Below are positions 39,589 through 49,540 of a stretch of DNA of 64,000 nt, piece by piece. This stretch comes from Anaerotignum sp. (GTDB taxonomy: Bacteria > Bacillota > Clostridia > Lachnospirales > Anaerotignaceae), in assembly GCA_051877975.1 (NCBI GenBank), contig JBJEJK010000057.1; one strand, given 5' to 3'. Each line of letters begins with the position of its first letter. The first letter of the stretch is position 1. A program made the position numbers and the translations under genes. The notes beneath the pieces were generated by a model, which worked only from the letters and a program-made list of their open reading frames with translations, searched no databases and was not told where the DNA came from.

Positions 39589-39647
39589 TTTTCTCATCTA
39601 AAATTTTTGCAACAAATATATTTCAAATGTATCATTACGGTTAGTAC

Positions 39648-39682
39648 GAAAGCCCCTGCCTTTTTCGGCAGGGGTTTCTTTT
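39648..39682 (+). terminator. Intrinsic terminator
   Basis: GAAAGCCCCTGCC-tttttc-GGCAGGGGTTTC-TTTT. Confidence 0.8.
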
Positions 39683-39756
39683 ATGGTTGTTTTTTCTTTT
39701 ATATTTCTTTATAATAAGTAAAAGTCATACAAAGAAAGACAAAGGAGGATAATCAA

Positions 39757-40047
39757 ATGATTGTTTTGATTGCGAAAAATACATTGAAAGAAGGAAATCA
39801 GGAGGAATTTATCCGTATTGCCGGAATACTGGCGGAAGAGACTAGAAAAGAACCCGGGTGCCTTTCCTATGATCTGGCAAAAGATGAAACAGAGGATACG
39901 GTTTTTTATTTTATTGAAAAATATAAAGATGAAGCTGCGCTGGAAGCCCACAGAGCCAGTGCATATTTTCAGACATATGTTCCTATGTTGGGGGCATTGC
40001 GTACAAAACCTTCTGAAGTATCTAAATGCGTAATCATTGATTTTTAA
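39757..40047 (+). CDS. ABM-domain protein (quinol monooxygenase YgiN-like)
   Basis: TRKEPGCLSYDL, FIEKY.DEAALEAH. Confidence 0.85.
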   Translation: MIVLIAKNTLKEGNQEEFIRIAGILAEETRKEPGCLSYDLAKDETEDTVFYFIEKYKDEAALEAHRASAYFQTYVPMLGALRTKPSEVSKCVIIDF

Positions 40048-40072
40048 GGGGAAGAAAGAAAAGAGTGGTGTT

Positions 40073-40564
40073 ATGGCAGTGCCGAAACTTTACAGAAAGA
40101 GATTTATGCCCAACGAGATCGTGTATTTGAAGGACGATGTCATCACCTATCAGGATGATGCTGTGATGGTGACAAAATGGAATGTGCTGCATCCTAAGGA
40201 AAAATTCAGCCATGGCATATCCTGTTATTATTTGGAAAAAGGGTGGAAAATTAGTAAATTCTTAAACAAAAAGGATGAGCTTGTTTATTATTATTGTGAT
40301 ATTATAGATACAGCGTATGATGAATTGAAAGATAGCTATCTCTTTACAGACTTGCTGGCGGACATCATCATTTCCCCCAATGGCACAGTCAAGGTGGTGG
40401 ACCTGGCGGAGATTGCGGATGTTTTGGAAGCGGGTATCATCACAGAGAAAGAAGTGAAATTGGCTTTACGCAGACTGGATGAACTTCTGGGAGTGATCTA
40501 TAACGGCGGGCTGCCGGAATTGCTGCGTTTTATTGAAACAGAAGGTGCAGAAAATGGGCAGTAA
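40073..40564 (+). CDS. DUF402 domain protein
   Basis: YYYCDIID, FTDLLADI, VVDL.E motifs. Confidence 0.75.
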   Translation: MAVPKLYRKRFMPNEIVYLKDDVITYQDDAVMVTKWNVLHPKEKFSHGISCYYLEKGWKISKFLNKKDELVYYYCDIIDTAYDELKDSYLFTDLLADIIISPNGTVKVVDLAEIADVLEAGIITEKEVKLALRRLDELLGVIYNGGLPELLRFIETEGAENGQ

Positions 40565-41243
40565 CGTACACGACGGGCACAGAGACCGCATGCGGGAACG
40601 CTTTCTGCAGACAGGCCCCGATAGCTTTGCAGATCATGAATTGCTGGAAATGTTGCTGTACGGTGTAATTCCCAGAGGGAATACCAATGAGATTGCGCAT
40701 CGGCTGCTGACAGAATTTGGATCCTTTTCCAATCTGATTGAATCAGATCCTTATGAGATTCAAAAGACTGCGGGGGTAGGAGAAAAAAGCGCAATTTTTC
40801 TTTCTATGCTCCATGAATTGATTCGAAGGTATCAAAGGGAAAAACTGGAACAGAAGCCGGCTTTGACTTCTATTCCACGGGCGGCAGAGTATTGTACGGC
40901 ATTGCTGGCCTATTGCGTGACAGAACGGTTTTATGTGATTTGTCTGGACAGCAGAAGAAAGGTGATTCATACAGCGAAAATCGCGGAAGGAACAGTTGGG
41001 CAGGTGTATGTGCAGCCCAGAGCAGTATTGGAAAAAGCATTGCGATATTATGCGACAGGAGTTGTGCTTTGCCATAATCATCCCCGTGGTTCAGTGAAGC
41101 CCTCTAATGCAGATGTTGATTTGACAATGCAGCTGAAAGCGATGCTGGAGCCTCTTGATATAGAAGTTGTAGACCATATTATCGTTGGAGAAGGGGAATA
41201 TTTTAGTTTCTTTCGGGATGGTATGCTAAAAAAGAAAACATAA
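40554..41243 (+). CDS. radC: RadC family JAB-domain protein
   Basis: HDGHR.RMRERF, DHELLEMLL, HhH region, HNHP.G...PS.AD, DHIIVG. Confidence 0.92.
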   Translation: MGSNVHDGHRDRMRERFLQTGPDSFADHELLEMLLYGVIPRGNTNEIAHRLLTEFGSFSNLIESDPYEIQKTAGVGEKSAIFLSMLHELIRRYQREKLEQKPALTSIPRAAEYCTALLAYCVTERFYVICLDSRRKVIHTAKIAEGTVGQVYVQPRAVLEKALRYYATGVVLCHNHPRGSVKPSNADVDLTMQLKAMLEPLDIEVVDHIIVGEGEYFSFFRDGMLKKKT

Positions 41244-41260
41244 AATAAGGAGGAATTTTT

Positions 41261-41482
41261 ATGGATAAAAAGCTGTATCGTTCGAAAAATAATATGAAAA
41301 TTTCTGGTGTATGTGGGGGTATTGCAGAATACTTTGGTGTAGATGCGACGATTATACGTCTGGTTTGGGTCTTAGGAACATTACTGAATTTATTTATCGG
41401 TATTGTGGCTTATGTGGCTTGTGTGTTTATCATTCCGGAAGACCCCGGCTGCATCGATGTGGAATATGAAGAAAAAAATTAA
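41261..41482 (+). CDS. PspC domain protein
   Basis: KKLYRS....[19 protein letters not shown]. Confidence 0.9.
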   Translation: MDKKLYRSKNNMKISGVCGGIAEYFGVDATIIRLVWVLGTLLNLFIGIVAYVACVFIIPEDPGCIDVEYEEKN

Positions 41483-41517
41483 ATGAGAAGAGACAGCATG
41501 AAGGAGTGTTTGTAAAA

Positions 41518-42525
41518 ATGGCGGAAGAACAGAAAAAACGTATTTTCAGTGGCATGCAGCCCTCCGGTGTGATCACACTGGGAAACTATCTGGGGGCACT
41601 GAAAAACTGGACAAAACTGCAGGATGAATATGACTGTCTGTATTGTATTGTAGATATGCATGCGATCACGGTGCGTCAGGATCCTGTAAAGCTGCGGAAA
41701 CAGGCGAGAGATCTGTTGGTGCAGTATTTGGCAGTAGGCTTGGATCCCGAAAAGAATATTATGTATTATCAGTCTCATGTGCCTCAGCATGCGGAATTGG
41801 GCTGGATTTTGAATTGCTATACCTATATGGGCGAGCTGAACAGAATGACCCAGTTCAAAGATAAATGCGCAAAGCATGCAGATAATATCAATGCAGGTCT
41901 GTTCACATATCCGACCCTGATGGCGGCAGATATCCTGCTGTATCAGACAGACCTGGTACCCGTCGGAGAAGACCAGAGACAGCATCTGGAGCTGACCAGA
42001 GATATTGCCAGCCGCTTCAATGGTGTATACGGTGATGTATTTAAGGTTCCCGAAGCATATATCGGCAAGGTTGGGGCCCGCGTTATGGCTTTGCAGGATC
42101 CTACAAAGAAAATGTCTAAATCCGATGAAAATCAGAATAATATCATCACACTGATGGATGACCCTAAGGTTATCATGAATAAGATGAAACGGGCGATGAC
42201 AGATTCTGATAACGAGATTCGTTTCAGCGAGGATAAACCCGGTATTTCCAATCTGTTGAGCATTTATTGCGCAGTGACAGGGAAAACCATTCCGGAAGCG
42301 GAAAAGGAATTTGCCGGTATGGGTTATGGTACATTCAAAACAGCCGTTGGGGAAGCTGTGGTTGCCGACTTGGAACCTGTACAGAAACGTGTAAAGGAAC
42401 TGGAAGCAAATAAAGATTATCTGGATGCTATTATTAAGAGCGGAGCAGAAAAGGCAAGCCGTCTGGCAGACAGAACATTGACAAAAGTACAGAAAAAAGT
42501 GGGATTTCCTCCCCGTATCAGATAA
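41518..42525 (+). CDS. trpS: Tryptophan--tRNA ligase
   Basis: [36 protein letters not shown]. Confidence 0.96.
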   Translation: MAEEQKKRIFSGMQPSGVITLGNYLGALKNWTKLQDEYDCLYCIVDMHAITVRQDPVKLRKQARDLLVQYLAVGLDPEKNIMYYQSHVPQHAELGWILNCYTYMGELNRMTQFKDKCAKHADNINAGLFTYPTLMAADILLYQTDLVPVGEDQRQHLELTRDIASRFNGVYGDVFKVPEAYIGKVGARVMALQDPTKKMSKSDENQNNIITLMDDPKVIMNKMKRAMTDSDNEIRFSEDKPGISNLLSIYCAVTGKTIPEAEKEFAGMGYGTFKTAVGEAVVADLEPVQKRVKELEANKDYLDAIIKSGAEKASRLADRTLTKVQKKVGFPPRIR

Positions 42526-42670
42526 GGAAAGTTATCGTTTTTTTGAGAAATAGGGCGCACAAAGCAGTGCGCCCTTTCCTTTTGAAAAATCATATTGTAT
42601 GAATCTGCAAACAAGAATATGAACAAAAAGTAAACAAAAAATGAACAAAAGTGCAGTGAATGAAAATTTT

Positions 42671-42722
42671 ATGTTAAGAAGTCTTAACATACATTGACTA
42701 GATTTTTACCAAATGTTAGAAT
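42671..42722 (+). promoter_or_regulatory. Inverted-repeat site plus SigA promoter of the DUF1538 operon
   Basis: ATGTTAAGA-ag-TCTTAACAT (42671-42690) directly upstream of TTGACT-17-TAGAAT. Confidence 0.55.
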
Positions 42723-42827
42723 AAAAGAAAAACCTAGTAAAATTAGGGGGATTTGACTGTGAAATCGCTTTATTTCGGTTAATATGAAGAGAAATGGACA
42801 AATTTAACCTAATTTGCAGAAAGGAGA

Positions 42828-44354
42828 ATGCGTTTGCTGCAAAATATAAAATTAAAGGAAAAAATAGCAGAATCATTGGCATCGGTTTTGCCGCTGACAG
42901 CCATCGTGCTCCTGCTCAGTGTGACGTTGATGCCTCTTTCTTCCGGCGCATTGGTGCTGTTTTTGTTTGGCGCGCTGATGCTGATTTTAGGGATGGGCTT
43001 TTTTACCTTGGGGGCGGATATGTCTATGATGCCTATGGGGGAAGGCATTGGTGTGGAAATGAGCCGTGCGAAAAATATTGGCGGACCTTTGCTGATCTGC
43101 TTTATTTTGGGGATGCTCATCACCATTGCGGAGCCTGACTTGCAGGTTTTGGCAGAGCAGGTTCCGGCAATTCCCAATATGATTTTGATTTTGGCTGTGG
43201 CAGCTGGTGTAGGGTTCTTTCTGATGGTTGCCCAGATCCGTATCTTGTTTCATATTCCGCTGGCAAAGATGTTGGTGTTCTTTTATGCCATTGTGTTTGG
43301 GTTGGCTATTCTGGCACCGGATTCCTTTGTGCCCGTTTCCTTTGACAGCGGCGGTGTAACGACAGGCCCTGTAACAGTTCCTTTTATCATGGCTCTGGGG
43401 ATTGGTATGGCTACCCTGCGAAGCGATAAGAATTCCCGTGAAGATAGTTTTGGCCTGATTTCCCTTTGCAGTGTTGGGCCGATTCTGGCGGTGCTGCTGT
43501 TAGGAGTCTTTTATGAACCGGATTCAGCGTTGTATTCCGCAACAGAAATTCCTGTGGTGGAAACCACGAAGGATGCAGCGGCGTTATTTGCCCATGCGTT
43601 CCCGGAATATTTGGGTGAGGTGGCAGTTGCGCTGGTTCCCATTGTTTTGGTATTCATTGTTTTTCAGCTATTGCACAAACGATATAAGCATCATCAGTTG
43701 ATGCGTATTGTAATGGGTTTTGTTTTTGCATATTTGGGATTGTGTTTGTTCCTTTGCGGTGTGAACGTTGGTTTCATGCCGGTGGGGCAGATGATTGGTG
43801 CAGGCATTGCGGAAAGCGGCCATTCCTGGCTGCTGATCCCCATCGGTATGGTCATCGGCTATTTTATCGTTGCGGCAGAGCCTGCGGTACATGTGTTGAC
43901 AAAACAGGTAGAAGAGATCTCCAATGGTTTTGTGACGGCGAAAATGATGCAGAGTGCTTTATCGATTGGCGTTTGTATTTCTGTAGGCATTGCCATGCTG
44001 CGTATTTTGACGGGGATTTCTGTTTTGTGGTTCCTGATTCCCGGTTATGCTGTTGCATTGCTTCTGACCCGTTTTGTGTCTCCCATTTTTACCGGCATCG
44101 CCTTCGACAGCGGCGGGGTGGCATCGGGCCCCATGACTGCCACGTTTCTGCTTCCCTTTGCGATGGGGGCCTGTGAGGCCATGGGCGGCAATATTATGAC
44201 GGATGCCTTTGGTATCGTTGCGATGGTAGCGATGACTCCTTTGATTACGATTCAGCTGATGGGCCTTCTTACACAGATGAAGGAAAAAGCAAAACAGCGT
44301 TATATCGAAGTGCAGCTTGCTCAACTGGAAGATGATATCCTGTATTTTGACTGA
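42828..44354 (+). CDS. DUF1538 membrane protein (two fused repeats)
   Basis: Duplicated motifs AEPDLQVL...FDSGGVTTGP...DSFG and AEPAVHVL...FDSGGVASGP...DAFG. Confidence 0.85.
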   Translation: MRLLQNIKLKEKIAESLASVLPLTAIVLLLSVTLMPLSSGALVLFLFGALMLILGMGFFTLGADMSMMPMGEGIGVEMSRAKNIGGPLLICFILGMLITIAEPDLQVLAEQVPAIPNMILILAVAAGVGFFLMVAQIRILFHIPLAKMLVFFYAIVFGLAILAPDSFVPVSFDSGGVTTGPVTVPFIMALGIGMATLRSDKNSREDSFGLISLCSVGPILAVLLLGVFYEPDSALYSATEIPVVETTKDAAALFAHAFPEYLGEVAVALVPIVLVFIVFQLLHKRYKHHQLMRIVMGFVFAYLGLCLFLCGVNVGFMPVGQMIGAGIAESGHSWLLIPIGMVIGYFIVAAEPAVHVLTKQVEEISNGFVTAKMMQSALSIGVCISVGIAMLRILTGISVLWFLIPGYAVALLLTRFVSPIFTGIAFDSGGVASGPMTATFLLPFAMGACEAMGGNIMTDAFGIVAMVAMTPLITIQLMGLLTQMKEKAKQRYIEVQLAQLEDDILYFD

Positions 44355-44368
44355 GATGAGGTGATGAG

Positions 44369-45052
44369 ATGAGAATTTTACCAATGGAACCCATGAAGCT
44401 CATTGTTTCTATTGTGGAACGGGGACAAGGCAGAAATATGATCGAGTTATTCAATGGGCAGAAAGTCACCCATCATCTGCAGTGTGCGGGGAAGGGGACA
44501 GCAACCTCGGAAATCATGGATCTTCTTGGTTTAGATAGCCTGGAAAAAGATGTTGTATTCAGCGTTGGCAAGGCTACACTGGTGAATCAGCTGATGCGGG
44601 ATCTGAATAATGAACTGCGGGGCAGTGCCCGTTCCAAGGGGATCGTATTTGATATGAAGATTACGGCTATGTCCCATGTTTTGGCATTGGCGATTCTGAT
44701 GCCCGTTCGGGAAATGCAGGGAAGGGAGGATGTTATGATGGAAGAAGGAATGGAAAATAGTATGATTCTTGTGACAGTCAATCAGGGCTTCACAGAAGAA
44801 GTGATGGATACAGCCAGAAAGGCAGGTGCCCGCGGCGGTACGATCATCCATGCCCGCTGGGCAGGCAGTGAAAGTGCAGAGGAATTCTATGGCATTACGG
44901 TGCAGAAGGAAAAAGAGATCATTGCTATCGTTTCTCCCTCTAGCAAACGGAAAGATATCATGGAAGCAATCAATAGTAAGCATGGAATGAAAACGGAGGC
45001 AAGAGGGACTGTTTGCTCTCTAGCTATTGAGGATATGGTAAGACTGGGATAA
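44369..45052 (+). CDS. Tandem PII-like (GlnB superfamily) protein
   Basis: Two ~100 aa PII-like halves: MKLIVSIV...GKGTA...EKDVV and ILVTVNQGF.EEVMD.AR.AGA.GGTI...EKEII. Confidence 0.75.
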   Translation: MRILPMEPMKLIVSIVERGQGRNMIELFNGQKVTHHLQCAGKGTATSEIMDLLGLDSLEKDVVFSVGKATLVNQLMRDLNNELRGSARSKGIVFDMKITAMSHVLALAILMPVREMQGREDVMMEEGMENSMILVTVNQGFTEEVMDTARKAGARGGTIIHARWAGSESAEEFYGITVQKEKEIIAIVSPSSKRKDIMEAINSKHGMKTEARGTVCSLAIEDMVRLG

Positions 45053-45072
45053 TGATGTAGAAAACTGTTTTT

Positions 45073-45108
45073 AAAATACTGAATCTGATTATAAGGTTCA
45101 GTATTTTT
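45073..45108 (+). terminator. Intrinsic terminator
   Basis: AAAATACTGAATCT...AGGTTCAGTATTTTT. Confidence 0.6.
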
Positions 45109-45196
45109 ATTTATAAAAAGATAAGTATTAAAAGCCCTGCCAAAGGTCTTGCATGAATTTTCTATTTTTACAAAAGCTATCACAGGAGGGATGAGT

Positions 45197-46102
45197 ATGT
45201 ATTACCTGATACAGGAAGGCACATGGAAACAAACAAGAGAGACCCCCAAAGATGGCTTTATCGGTCTGTTTTCCTATGAAGAAATGGATGCGGCAGCAAA
45301 AAAACATAATCTTCCCATGGATGTGCTGGAAGAAGCCAGGCGGTTTAGCTATGGGCGATATGATTCCTATGAGACCTTTGACTGTGTCAGTCTGGAAATG
45401 CTGGATTTTGAAAATATCCTTCTGAGCAAGGGCAGTGTAGTTTCATTTCTGGAGCAAGAGAGAGCCTTTTTCTTCACTTCCCGCAAGGAAGAAGTGGAAA
45501 AGCTTTTAGAGGATATTTTTATTTTTCTGGGGGAAAAGTGCACCAGAGAGCGAGTGTTGTTCGCCTTTTTTGAAATGCAGACCAAAGGGGACGACCTTGC
45601 CTTTGATGGGATTGAAAAAGAGATCATGGATTTGGAACAGGCGCTGATCGCCACAGGAAAGCGGGACTGCGTTTCGGAAATCATCAGCCTGCGGAAACGG
45701 CTCATGGTCTTGAAGAAATACTATGAACAGTTTTTGAATGTGCTGGATATTCTGATAGAGAATGAAAACGGCATCTTTGACGGAAAGACGCTTCGCTCTT
45801 TTAAAATGCTTTACAGAAGGACAGAACGCCGCTTTCAGAATGTATTAAACATGCGGGAATATGTGACCCAAGTGCGGGAAAGTTATGAGGCAGAGGTGGA
45901 TATCAGTTTGAATACCACCATGAAAATTTTTACGGTCGTGACCACCATTTTTCTGCCTCTAACTCTGATTGTAGGCTGGTATGGCATGAATTTTGATATG
46001 CCGGAATATGGCTGGAAACACGGGTATTTTTTTGTTACACTGATTTCTGTGGTCTGCATTTTGGCTGTTATTGCTATTTTTAAAAAGAAAAAATGGTTTT
46101 GA
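45197..46102 (+). CDS. CorA-family divalent cation transporter
   Basis: N.TMKIFTVVTTIFLP.TLI.GWYGMNF.MPE (GMN motif) with two C-terminal TMs. Confidence 0.9.
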   Translation: MYYLIQEGTWKQTRETPKDGFIGLFSYEEMDAAAKKHNLPMDVLEEARRFSYGRYDSYETFDCVSLEMLDFENILLSKGSVVSFLEQERAFFFTSRKEEVEKLLEDIFIFLGEKCTRERVLFAFFEMQTKGDDLAFDGIEKEIMDLEQALIATGKRDCVSEIISLRKRLMVLKKYYEQFLNVLDILIENENGIFDGKTLRSFKMLYRRTERRFQNVLNMREYVTQVRESYEAEVDISLNTTMKIFTVVTTIFLPLTLIVGWYGMNFDMPEYGWKHGYFFVTLISVVCILAVIAIFKKKKWF

Positions 46103-46158
46103 TGTTCCCTCTTGGCGGACATCTGTAAAATTCTCCAGAACAAATTTTCAAAAAACTG

Positions 46159-46186
46159 TTGACAGAATGGTTCAACATGGTATAAT
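46159..46186 (+). promoter_or_regulatory. SigA promoter of the thrS leader
   Basis: TTGACA, 16 nt, TG-extended TATAAT. Confidence 0.75.
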
Positions 46187-46212
46187 TAGCAATGTATTAA
46201 ATACAAGATATT

Positions 46213-46467
46213 GTGAATGCGTTGATGAGGACAGTAGTCCTTTCCTGATGCTACAGAGAGGGGTGCCTTGAAGTTTCTGCTTCATGGGTGTAAGCATCCT
46301 GCTAGGGAGAGTGTATGAAAACCACCTCTGAGCGGCTCCAATACAGCCCGGTGACTCCGTTATCGTCAAAAAAATGAGTGGTTTTAATGAACAATTAGGG
46401 TGGAACCGCGGGAGTATGTGCTCTCGTCCCTTTTCGTAGAGGAAAGCGGATGAAGGGCTTTTCTTTT
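46213..46467 (+). ncRNA. T-box riboswitch (Thr specifier)
   Basis: ACAGAGAG, GGTG loop, GAAA-ACC-A specifier (ACC at 46321-46323), T-box AATTAGGGTGGAACCGCG (46393-46410), terminator. Confidence 0.92.
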
Positions 46468-46523
46468 GCCCAAAAACATCTGCTTTTGAAAAAAATGTTC
46501 TGAATAAAAAGGAGAGAAAGACT

Positions 46524-48431
46524 ATGAAGATCACATTGAAAGACGGCGTTGTAAAAGAATTTGACGGCGCTGTATCCGTATTGGAAATCGCAAAGGCGAT
46601 CAGCGAAGGTCTGGCAAGAAATGCTTGTGCAGGCATCGTTGACGGCGAAGTAAAAGACCTGCGTTATGTTGTAGAAAAAGACGCAGAAGTTTCCATCTGC
46701 ACTTTTGAAGATGAAGCTGGTAAGATGGCATTCCGCCACACAGCATCTCATATTCTGGCGCAGGCTGTAAAACGCCTGTACCCTGAAGCAAAGATTGCCA
46801 TTGGCCCTGCCATTGCAGATGGCTTCTACTATGACTTCGACAGAGAAAAAGCCTTCACAGAAGAAGAACTGGCTGCACTGGAAGAAGAAATGAAAAAGAT
46901 CGCAAAAGAAGATATTCCTATCGAAAGATTTGAACTGCCCAGAGCAGAAGCGATCAAATATATGGAAGAAAGAGAAGAACCCTATAAAGTAGAACTGATT
47001 CAGGATCTGCCTGAAGATGCAGTTATCTCTTTCTATAAACAGGGTGACTTCACAGACCTGTGCGCAGGTCCTCACCTGATGAGCACAAAGAATGTAAAAG
47101 CCATCAAGCTGACATCTGTTGCCGGCGCTTACTGGAGAGGCTCTGAAAAGAACAAAATGCTGTCCAGAATTTATGGTACAGCTTACCCTAAGGCATCCGA
47201 ACTGGAAGCTTACCTGAACATGATGGAAGAAGCAAAGAAACGTGACCATAGAAAACTGGGCAAAGAACTGAAACTGTTTGCTCTGATGGATGAAGGCCCT
47301 GGTTTCCCCTTCTTCCTGCCCAAAGGTATGGTGCTGAAAAACACACTGCTGGATTATTGGAGACAGATCCACAAAGAAGCAGGCTATGTTGAAATCTCCA
47401 CACCTATCATCCTGAACAGAGAACTGTGGTATAGATCCGGTCACTGGGAACACTATAAAGATAACATGTACACAACAGTCATCGATGGGGAAGACTATGC
47501 TGTAAAACCTATGAACTGCCCCGGCGGTATGCTGGTTTATAAGCAGGAAATGCATTCCTACAGAGATCTGCCTATGCGCGTGGCTGAAATCGGTCTGGTT
47601 CACAGACATGAAAAGAGCGGTGCACTGCATGGTCTGATGCGTGTTCGTTGCTTCAACCAGGATGATGCGCATATCTTCATGACAGAAGAACAGATCAAAG
47701 ATGAAATTTCCGGCGTAATCAGCCTGATTGACGGCGTTTATAAGCTGTTTGGTTTCAAATATCATATCGAACTTTCTACAAGACCTGAAGACAGCATGGG
47801 TTCCGATGAAGCTTGGGAAATCGCTACAGCTGGTTTGCAGAATGCTCTGGATGAAAACGGCATTGACTATGTTATCAATGAAGGTGACGGTGCATTCTAT
47901 GGCCCTAAGATCGACTTCCATCTGGAAGACTCCATCGGCAGAACATGGCAGTGCGGTACAATTCAGCTGGATATGCAGATGCCCGAAAGATTTGAACTGG
48001 AATACACAGCAGCAGACGGCACAAAGAAACGTCCTGTTATGATTCACCGTGTATGCTTCGGCTCCATCGAACGTTTCATTGGCATCCTGATCGAGCATTT
48101 TGCAGGTCAGTTCCCCGTATGGCTGTCCCCTGTACAGGTTAAGATTCTGCCTATTTCTGAAAAATTCGCAGATTATGCGAAGAGTGTAGCAGATGCACTG
48201 GATAAAGAAGGTATCCGTGTAGAAACAGACAACCGTGCAGAAAAGATCGGTTACAAGATCAGAGAAGCAAGAAACGAAAGAGTACCTTACATCATCGTTG
48301 TTGGTGAAAAAGATCAGGAAGCAAATATGGTTTCCCTGCGTTCCAGAAAGAATGGCGAAGAAGGTCAGGTTGCTCTGGCAGATTTCATCGCAAGAATCAA
48401 AGAAGAAATTGAAACAAAAGTTCTGGATTGA
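46524..48431 (+). CDS. thrS: Threonine--tRNA ligase
   Basis: TGS domain, RHTASH, DLCAGPH, RDHRKLG, KPMNCP, GAFYGPKID, HR..FGSIERF. Confidence 0.97.
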   Translation: MKITLKDGVVKEFDGAVSVLEIAKAISEGLARNACAGIVDGEVKDLRYVVEKDAEVSICTFEDEAGKMAFRHTASHILAQAVKRLYPEAKIAIGPAIADGFYYDFDREKAFTEEELAALEEEMKKIAKEDIPIERFELPRAEAIKYMEEREEPYKVELIQDLPEDAVISFYKQGDFTDLCAGPHLMSTKNVKAIKLTSVAGAYWRGSEKNKMLSRIYGTAYPKASELEAYLNMMEEAKKRDHRKLGKELKLFALMDEGPGFPFFLPKGMVLKNTLLDYWRQIHKEAGYVEISTPIILNRELWYRSGHWEHYKDNMYTTVIDGEDYAVKPMNCPGGMLVYKQEMHSYRDLPMRVAEIGLVHRHEKSGALHGLMRVRCFNQDDAHIFMTEEQIKDEISGVISLIDGVYKLFGFKYHIELSTRPEDSMGSDEAWEIATAGLQNALDENGIDYVINEGDGAFYGPKIDFHLEDSIGRTWQCGTIQLDMQMPERFELEYTAADGTKKRPVMIHRVCFGSIERFIGILIEHFAGQFPVWLSPVQVKILPISEKFADYAKSVADALDKEGIRVETDNRAEKIGYKIREARNERVPYIIVVGEKDQEANMVSLRSRKNGEEGQVALADFIARIKEEIETKVLD

Positions 48432-48454
48432 TTTTCAAAAAGAGAAGAAATGCA

Positions 48455-48487
48455 ACAGGCGAGGGGAATTCCTCTCGCCTGTATTTT
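48455..48487 (+). terminator. Intrinsic terminator
   Basis: ACAGGCGAGGGG-aatt-CCTCTCGCCTGT-ATTTT. Confidence 0.75.
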
Positions 48488-48559
48488 CTGAAAAAAGCAG
48501 AAAATATAGAAAAAAGATTTGACATTCGTGTATACCCATGGTATACTACTACGGTAAAC

Positions 48560-48679
48560 AAAGAAGAAGTTCCGCTTCTCACCTTATGGCATGAGCAAAT
48601 AGGGTTAATACAGTATTTGAAACAGGGGTAAGCTCTGTTTTTCTGTGTGCGGCGGATTCTTCCGGCGCTTTTTTATTTT
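48560..48679 (+). ncRNA. Ribosomal protein L20 leader (infC-rpmI-rplT autoregulation)
   Basis: AGAAGTTCCGCTTCTCACCT...AGGGTT resembles the Firmicutes L20 leader. Preceded by TTGACA-17-TATACT (48519-48547) and followed by a hairpin plus T-run. Confidence 0.75.
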
Positions 48680-48725
48680 ATTATAAAGGCGCATGTGGAA
48701 CAGTCTATTTGGGAGGTGCTTGACA

Positions 48726-49232
48726 ATTACTGAATTAATGATTAACGAACAAATTAGGGACAAAGAGATCAGACTGATCGACGAAAACGGCGAACAGCTT
48801 GGTATCGTTTCCTCTAGGGAAGCCCAGAAAATCGCTGACGAAAGAAAGCTGGATCTGGTAAAGATCGCACCAACAGCGAAACCCCCCGTATGCCGCATCA
48901 TGGACTACGGTAAATACAAATTCGATCAGGCAAAGAAAGAAAAAGAAGCCAGAAAGAAACAGAAAACTGTTGATGTAAAGGAACTGCGTTTGTCCCCCAG
49001 CATCGATACCCATGATGTTCAGGTAAAAGTCAAAAAAGCAAACGAATTTTTGAAGGACGGCGACAAGGTTAAAATCAGCATCCGTTTCAGAGGCCGTGAA
49101 ATCGGTCATTCCAAAGTTGGCATGCAGATCATGGAAGATTTCGCAAAAGCAACAGAAGAATTCGGCGTAGTGGATAAACAGCCTAAAATGGAAGGCAAGA
49201 GCCTGGTTATGTTCCTGGCACCAAAGAACTGA
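48726..49232 (+). CDS. infC: Translation initiation factor IF-3 (ATT start)
   Basis: GGAGG, 9 nt, ATT; INEQIR..E.RLID..GEQLG, PPVCRIMDYGKY, FRGRE. Confidence 0.95.
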   Translation: MTELMINEQIRDKEIRLIDENGEQLGIVSSREAQKIADERKLDLVKIAPTAKPPVCRIMDYGKYKFDQAKKEKEARKKQKTVDVKELRLSPSIDTHDVQVKVKKANEFLKDGDKVKISIRFRGREIGHSKVGMQIMEDFAKATEEFGVVDKQPKMEGKSLVMFLAPKN

Positions 49233-49283
49233 TCCGTAAAACGGAAGAAAACTATCACAAAACATTTTTAGGAGGATAATACA

Positions 49284-49484
49284 ATGCCTAAGTTGAAAAC
49301 AAAAAAAGCAGCAGCGAAAAGATTCAAAGTTACTGGCACAGGTAAACTGAAAAGAAACAAATCCAATACACAGCATATTCTTGGCAAAAAGTCCAGAAAG
49401 AGAAAAAGAAACCTGAGACACGCTACAACAGCTGACAGAACAGTTGAAAACAAAATCAAAAAGACACTGCTGCCTTACGCATAA
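49284..49484 (+). CDS. rpmI: 50S ribosomal protein L35
   Basis: [24 protein letters not shown]. Confidence 0.97.
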   Translation: MPKLKTKKAAAKRFKVTGTGKLKRNKSNTQHILGKKSRKRKRNLRHATTADRTVENKIKKTLLPYA

Positions 49485-49540
49485 TCAAGCAGTCTTGGGA
49501 CAACTATTTTTCGAGTATATTTAATTAGGAGGACTTTACA

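Noticed and set aside
40554-41243. radC as a marker of a mobile element
   Set aside because: It is the full-length chromosomal type with an N-terminal HhH region, set among housekeeping genes, with no integrase or att sites.
42608-42660. Short tandem repeats as a possible CRISPR or iteron array
   Set aside because: The units are only 7-11 bp with no spacers and no cas or rep genes; treated as regulator sites instead.
45052-45196. Possible M-box (Mg2+) riboswitch upstream of corA
   Set aside because: The spacer is about 140 bp, much of it a terminator, and no M-box conserved motifs are recognisable.
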